From a virus: a DNA stretch of 54,907 bases. The translations under genes were made by a program, and so were the position numbers. The DNA is taken from the IMG/VR virus record IMGVR_UViG_3300014208_000009, positions 1-54,907 of that record. One strand, written 5' to 3'. Position 1 is the first letter of the stretch. Each line of letters begins with the position of its first letter. Positions 53,160-54,907 of the stretch are shown one piece after another. Below the pieces are notes generated by a model. That model ran no database searches, had not been told where the DNA came from, and saw nothing but the letters and a program-made list of their open reading frames with translations.

Positions 53160-53999
53160 TTATTTAAAAGTATAGCCCTTTGTTTCAAGGTCACGCCTTG
53201 CTTTGACCATTTCGACCGAATTGGGTTTTATGCCGTTGTCGATACAGTATTTTTCAAAGTCGATTTCCCTTGAACCATTGGTAGAGGATTTATCACCCCG
53301 TCCTCCTTGTTCGGGACGTAAATTCACATAGTCTTTTGCGAACCCGTAAACCACCTCTTTAAGCGGAATGGGGTCTAACTTGACATCGGTAACAGGTTTT
53401 CCGTCTTTCAGGGTCACGATTTTGTCGTTTTCAATCGCAAAATTGAATTTCGATTTAACCATAGCCCGGACGATTTCCTGTTGGTTGTCTAATTTGGCTC
53501 CTTCGGCTTCGATGGGTAGTTCGCTGATGGCACGGTTTAGTTCCGTGTCGATAAAACGGTTGTTAAAAGTCTTGCTCACGTTTTCCAACTCTGATTTATG
53601 GTTGACTTCCAATTCCACGATCCGATCCTTCAGTTTCTTGGTTTCATCGTCTGAAGCGGGTTTTGTCTTGGTCGTAATAATGGCTTCGACAAGATCATCA
53701 AGATTCTGATAGGATTCGATACCGTGTTTTTTCGCAAGTCCTTTTTCGGTTTGTTCCAACACAGCCCCTTTAACGTAGGTAAACACTTCTTTTGGTAAGT
53801 TTGTCTTATCCAGTTCCATGAATGCCTGACGTTTCAAATTGGATTCCAATGTCGGATAGTCTTTCATGGGAATCAACTTCGTGCTGGTGGTAAAACCGTT
53901 AATAAGTTCACTAAGACCGCCATTTTCATCAGCAGCCTTAACATCTTCCGCAGTTACATTAAACAACCCTGCGAGAGCGGTTACATCTTCTTGTTTCAT
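53160..53999 (-). CDS. Scaffolding protein candidate (279 aa)
   Basis: It is charged and helix-rich and lies directly upstream of the capsid gene. Confidence 0.5.
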   Translation of the reverse strand: MKQEDVTALAGLFNVTAEDVKAADENGGLSELINGFTTSTKLIPMKDYPTLESNLKRQAFMELDKTNLPKEVFTYVKGAVLEQTEKGLAKKHGIESYQNLDDLVEAIITTKTKPASDDETKKLKDRIVELEVNHKSELENVSKTFNNRFIDTELNRAISELPIEAEGAKLDNQQEIVRAMVKSKFNFAIENDKIVTLKDGKPVTDVKLDPIPLKEVVYGFAKDYVNLRPEQGGRGDKSSTNGSREIDFEKYCIDNGIKPNSVEMVKARRDLETKGYTFK

Positions 54000-54092
54000 T
54001 TTATCTTTTTAGTGATTGGTGGCTTTGTTTTTGGCGGTAACTTAACTGGTCGCCAAGTACGATCACCCGTCCTACGAACATAGGCTTCGTAC

Positions 54093-54461
54093 TCACTTCT
54101 TGGCATTTCCTTGAACTCGTTTCTTGGTTTGCCGTTTTTTCCGTACCGTTGTAGTTTCATCTTTTTTCGTTTTAAGAACCTTCGGGGCTATCGGGGCTTC
54201 GGGTTCAATCGGTTTGATTTTTTCGTATTCAATCACAATGGGAACGACCGGAGGTTCGGGAAGTTTTGGAACTTCAGGAATAATCTCAATAGGTTTTGGG
54301 GTAACTTTTGGAGGTTCTGTAATTTCCTCAATGGGCGCAAGCTCCCAAATAACTCCCCCTAATTTCAGTTTCCGTATTTCATTCCAATCCTGTTCCTTGA
54401 ACTGCATCGTCCTCCGGGTTTCCCCCTTTGAGGTCTGTTCGATCTTGATTACTCGTATCAT
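54093..54461 (-). CDS. Pro-rich, basic-tailed protein (122 aa)
   Basis: Contains PKVTPKPIEIIPEVPKLPEPPVVPIVIEYEKIKPIEPEAPIAPK followed by a KKRQTKKR tail. It overlaps the portal 3' end. Confidence 0.5.
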   Translation of the reverse strand: MIRVIKIEQTSKGETRRTMQFKEQDWNEIRKLKLGGVIWELAPIEEITEPPKVTPKPIEIIPEVPKLPEPPVVPIVIEYEKIKPIEPEAPIAPKVLKTKKDETTTVRKKRQTKKRVQGNAKK

Positions 54462-54907
54462 TTTTGATTTTGTTAAACTGTTCTTTATTGTATTTGTCTA
54501 ATACTTTTTTGATGCTTGCGATTCGTTTTTGATATTTTTCGAGTGCCTTGTATAACATGATCGGGCCATTTTCAAGTTCAAACCGATCAACGTAATCATC
54601 AAAGTTCATTTTATAACACTTCATCTCACCGCTTGCAAACTCCGAAGCAAGGACTTCGTCTAAGGAATAAGTCGCAAGAGGTTCTAAGTCAAGTAACATA
54701 AAGCCCCGTTCCATGTCCTGTCTTGAGTTACGATTTCGTGTAGCGATCAATTCTTGAAGAAGCGTCCGTATATAAGAAATAGGCATCCCGGCACGCTTAG
54801 ATTGCTCGATCTCATTTAGGATTAAATTCTCATCCCTGATGTTTAGTTTGCGCCCGTAGTAGATTTCACAACCCTTATAAATGTCTTTGTAGATCATTTT
54901 ACCGATG
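54379..54907 (-). CDS. Portal protein candidate, C-terminal part (same ORF as 1..1409)
   Basis: The frame is open to the right edge. nt 54785..54907 duplicate nt 1..123, so the reading frame joins seamlessly. Confidence 0.6.
   Translation of the reverse strand, partial: IGKMIYKDIYKGCEIYYGRKLNIRDENLILNEIEQSKRAGMPISYIRTLLQELIATRNRNSRQDMERGFMLLDLEPLATYSLDEVLASEFASGEMKCYKMNFDDYVDRFELENGPIMLYKALEKYQKRIASIKKVLDKYNKEQFNKIKNDTSNQDRTDLKGGNPEDDAVQGTGLE
54785..54907. repeat. Terminal direct repeat copy 2
   Basis: Identical to nt 1..123. Confidence 0.95.

Overview
The window is a complete, circularly closed tailed-phage genome. Its first and last 123 nt are identical, which leaves 54,784 unique bp. The tail module looks siphovirus-like: a TP901-type tape measure, a chaperone with a -1 frameshift, and no sheath gene. 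Every convincing gene is on the minus strand; the plus-strand ORFs in the track look like shadow frames.

Gene order in the direction of transcription (descending coordinates):
- early promoter at about 23.6 kb
- small membrane, acidic and repeat peptides
- recombination and replication genes: AAA_24-like ATPase, PD-(D/E)xK-like nuclease, DnaB helicase, DnaA-domain-IV protein, C5-MTase-like protein, HNH
- terS-like gene
- a 0.6-kb non-coding hub
- SPOUT RNA methyltransferase and small proteins
- TerL, interrupted by a LAGLIDADG intein
- portal, split across the window ends
- scaffold and major capsid protein
- an 8.8-kb sugar-tailoring island (glycosyltransferases, MptE-like pair, NodB deacetylase, GNAT, SAM MTases, DPPY DNA MTase)
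- tail genes
- four large fibre-position proteins with Sec-type signal peptides
- holin and lysozyme
- a double terminator

A Bacteroidota host is inferred from TTTG-N19/20-TAnnTTTG promoter motifs, A-rich leaders without Shine-Dalgarno sequences, and the style of the signal peptides.

I found no integrase, repressor, tRNA, rRNA or CRISPR array. The track accepts TTG and GTG as starts, so I moved several starts to the first in-frame ATG where the context supported it. All family calls come from motifs read in the translations; no database search was possible.
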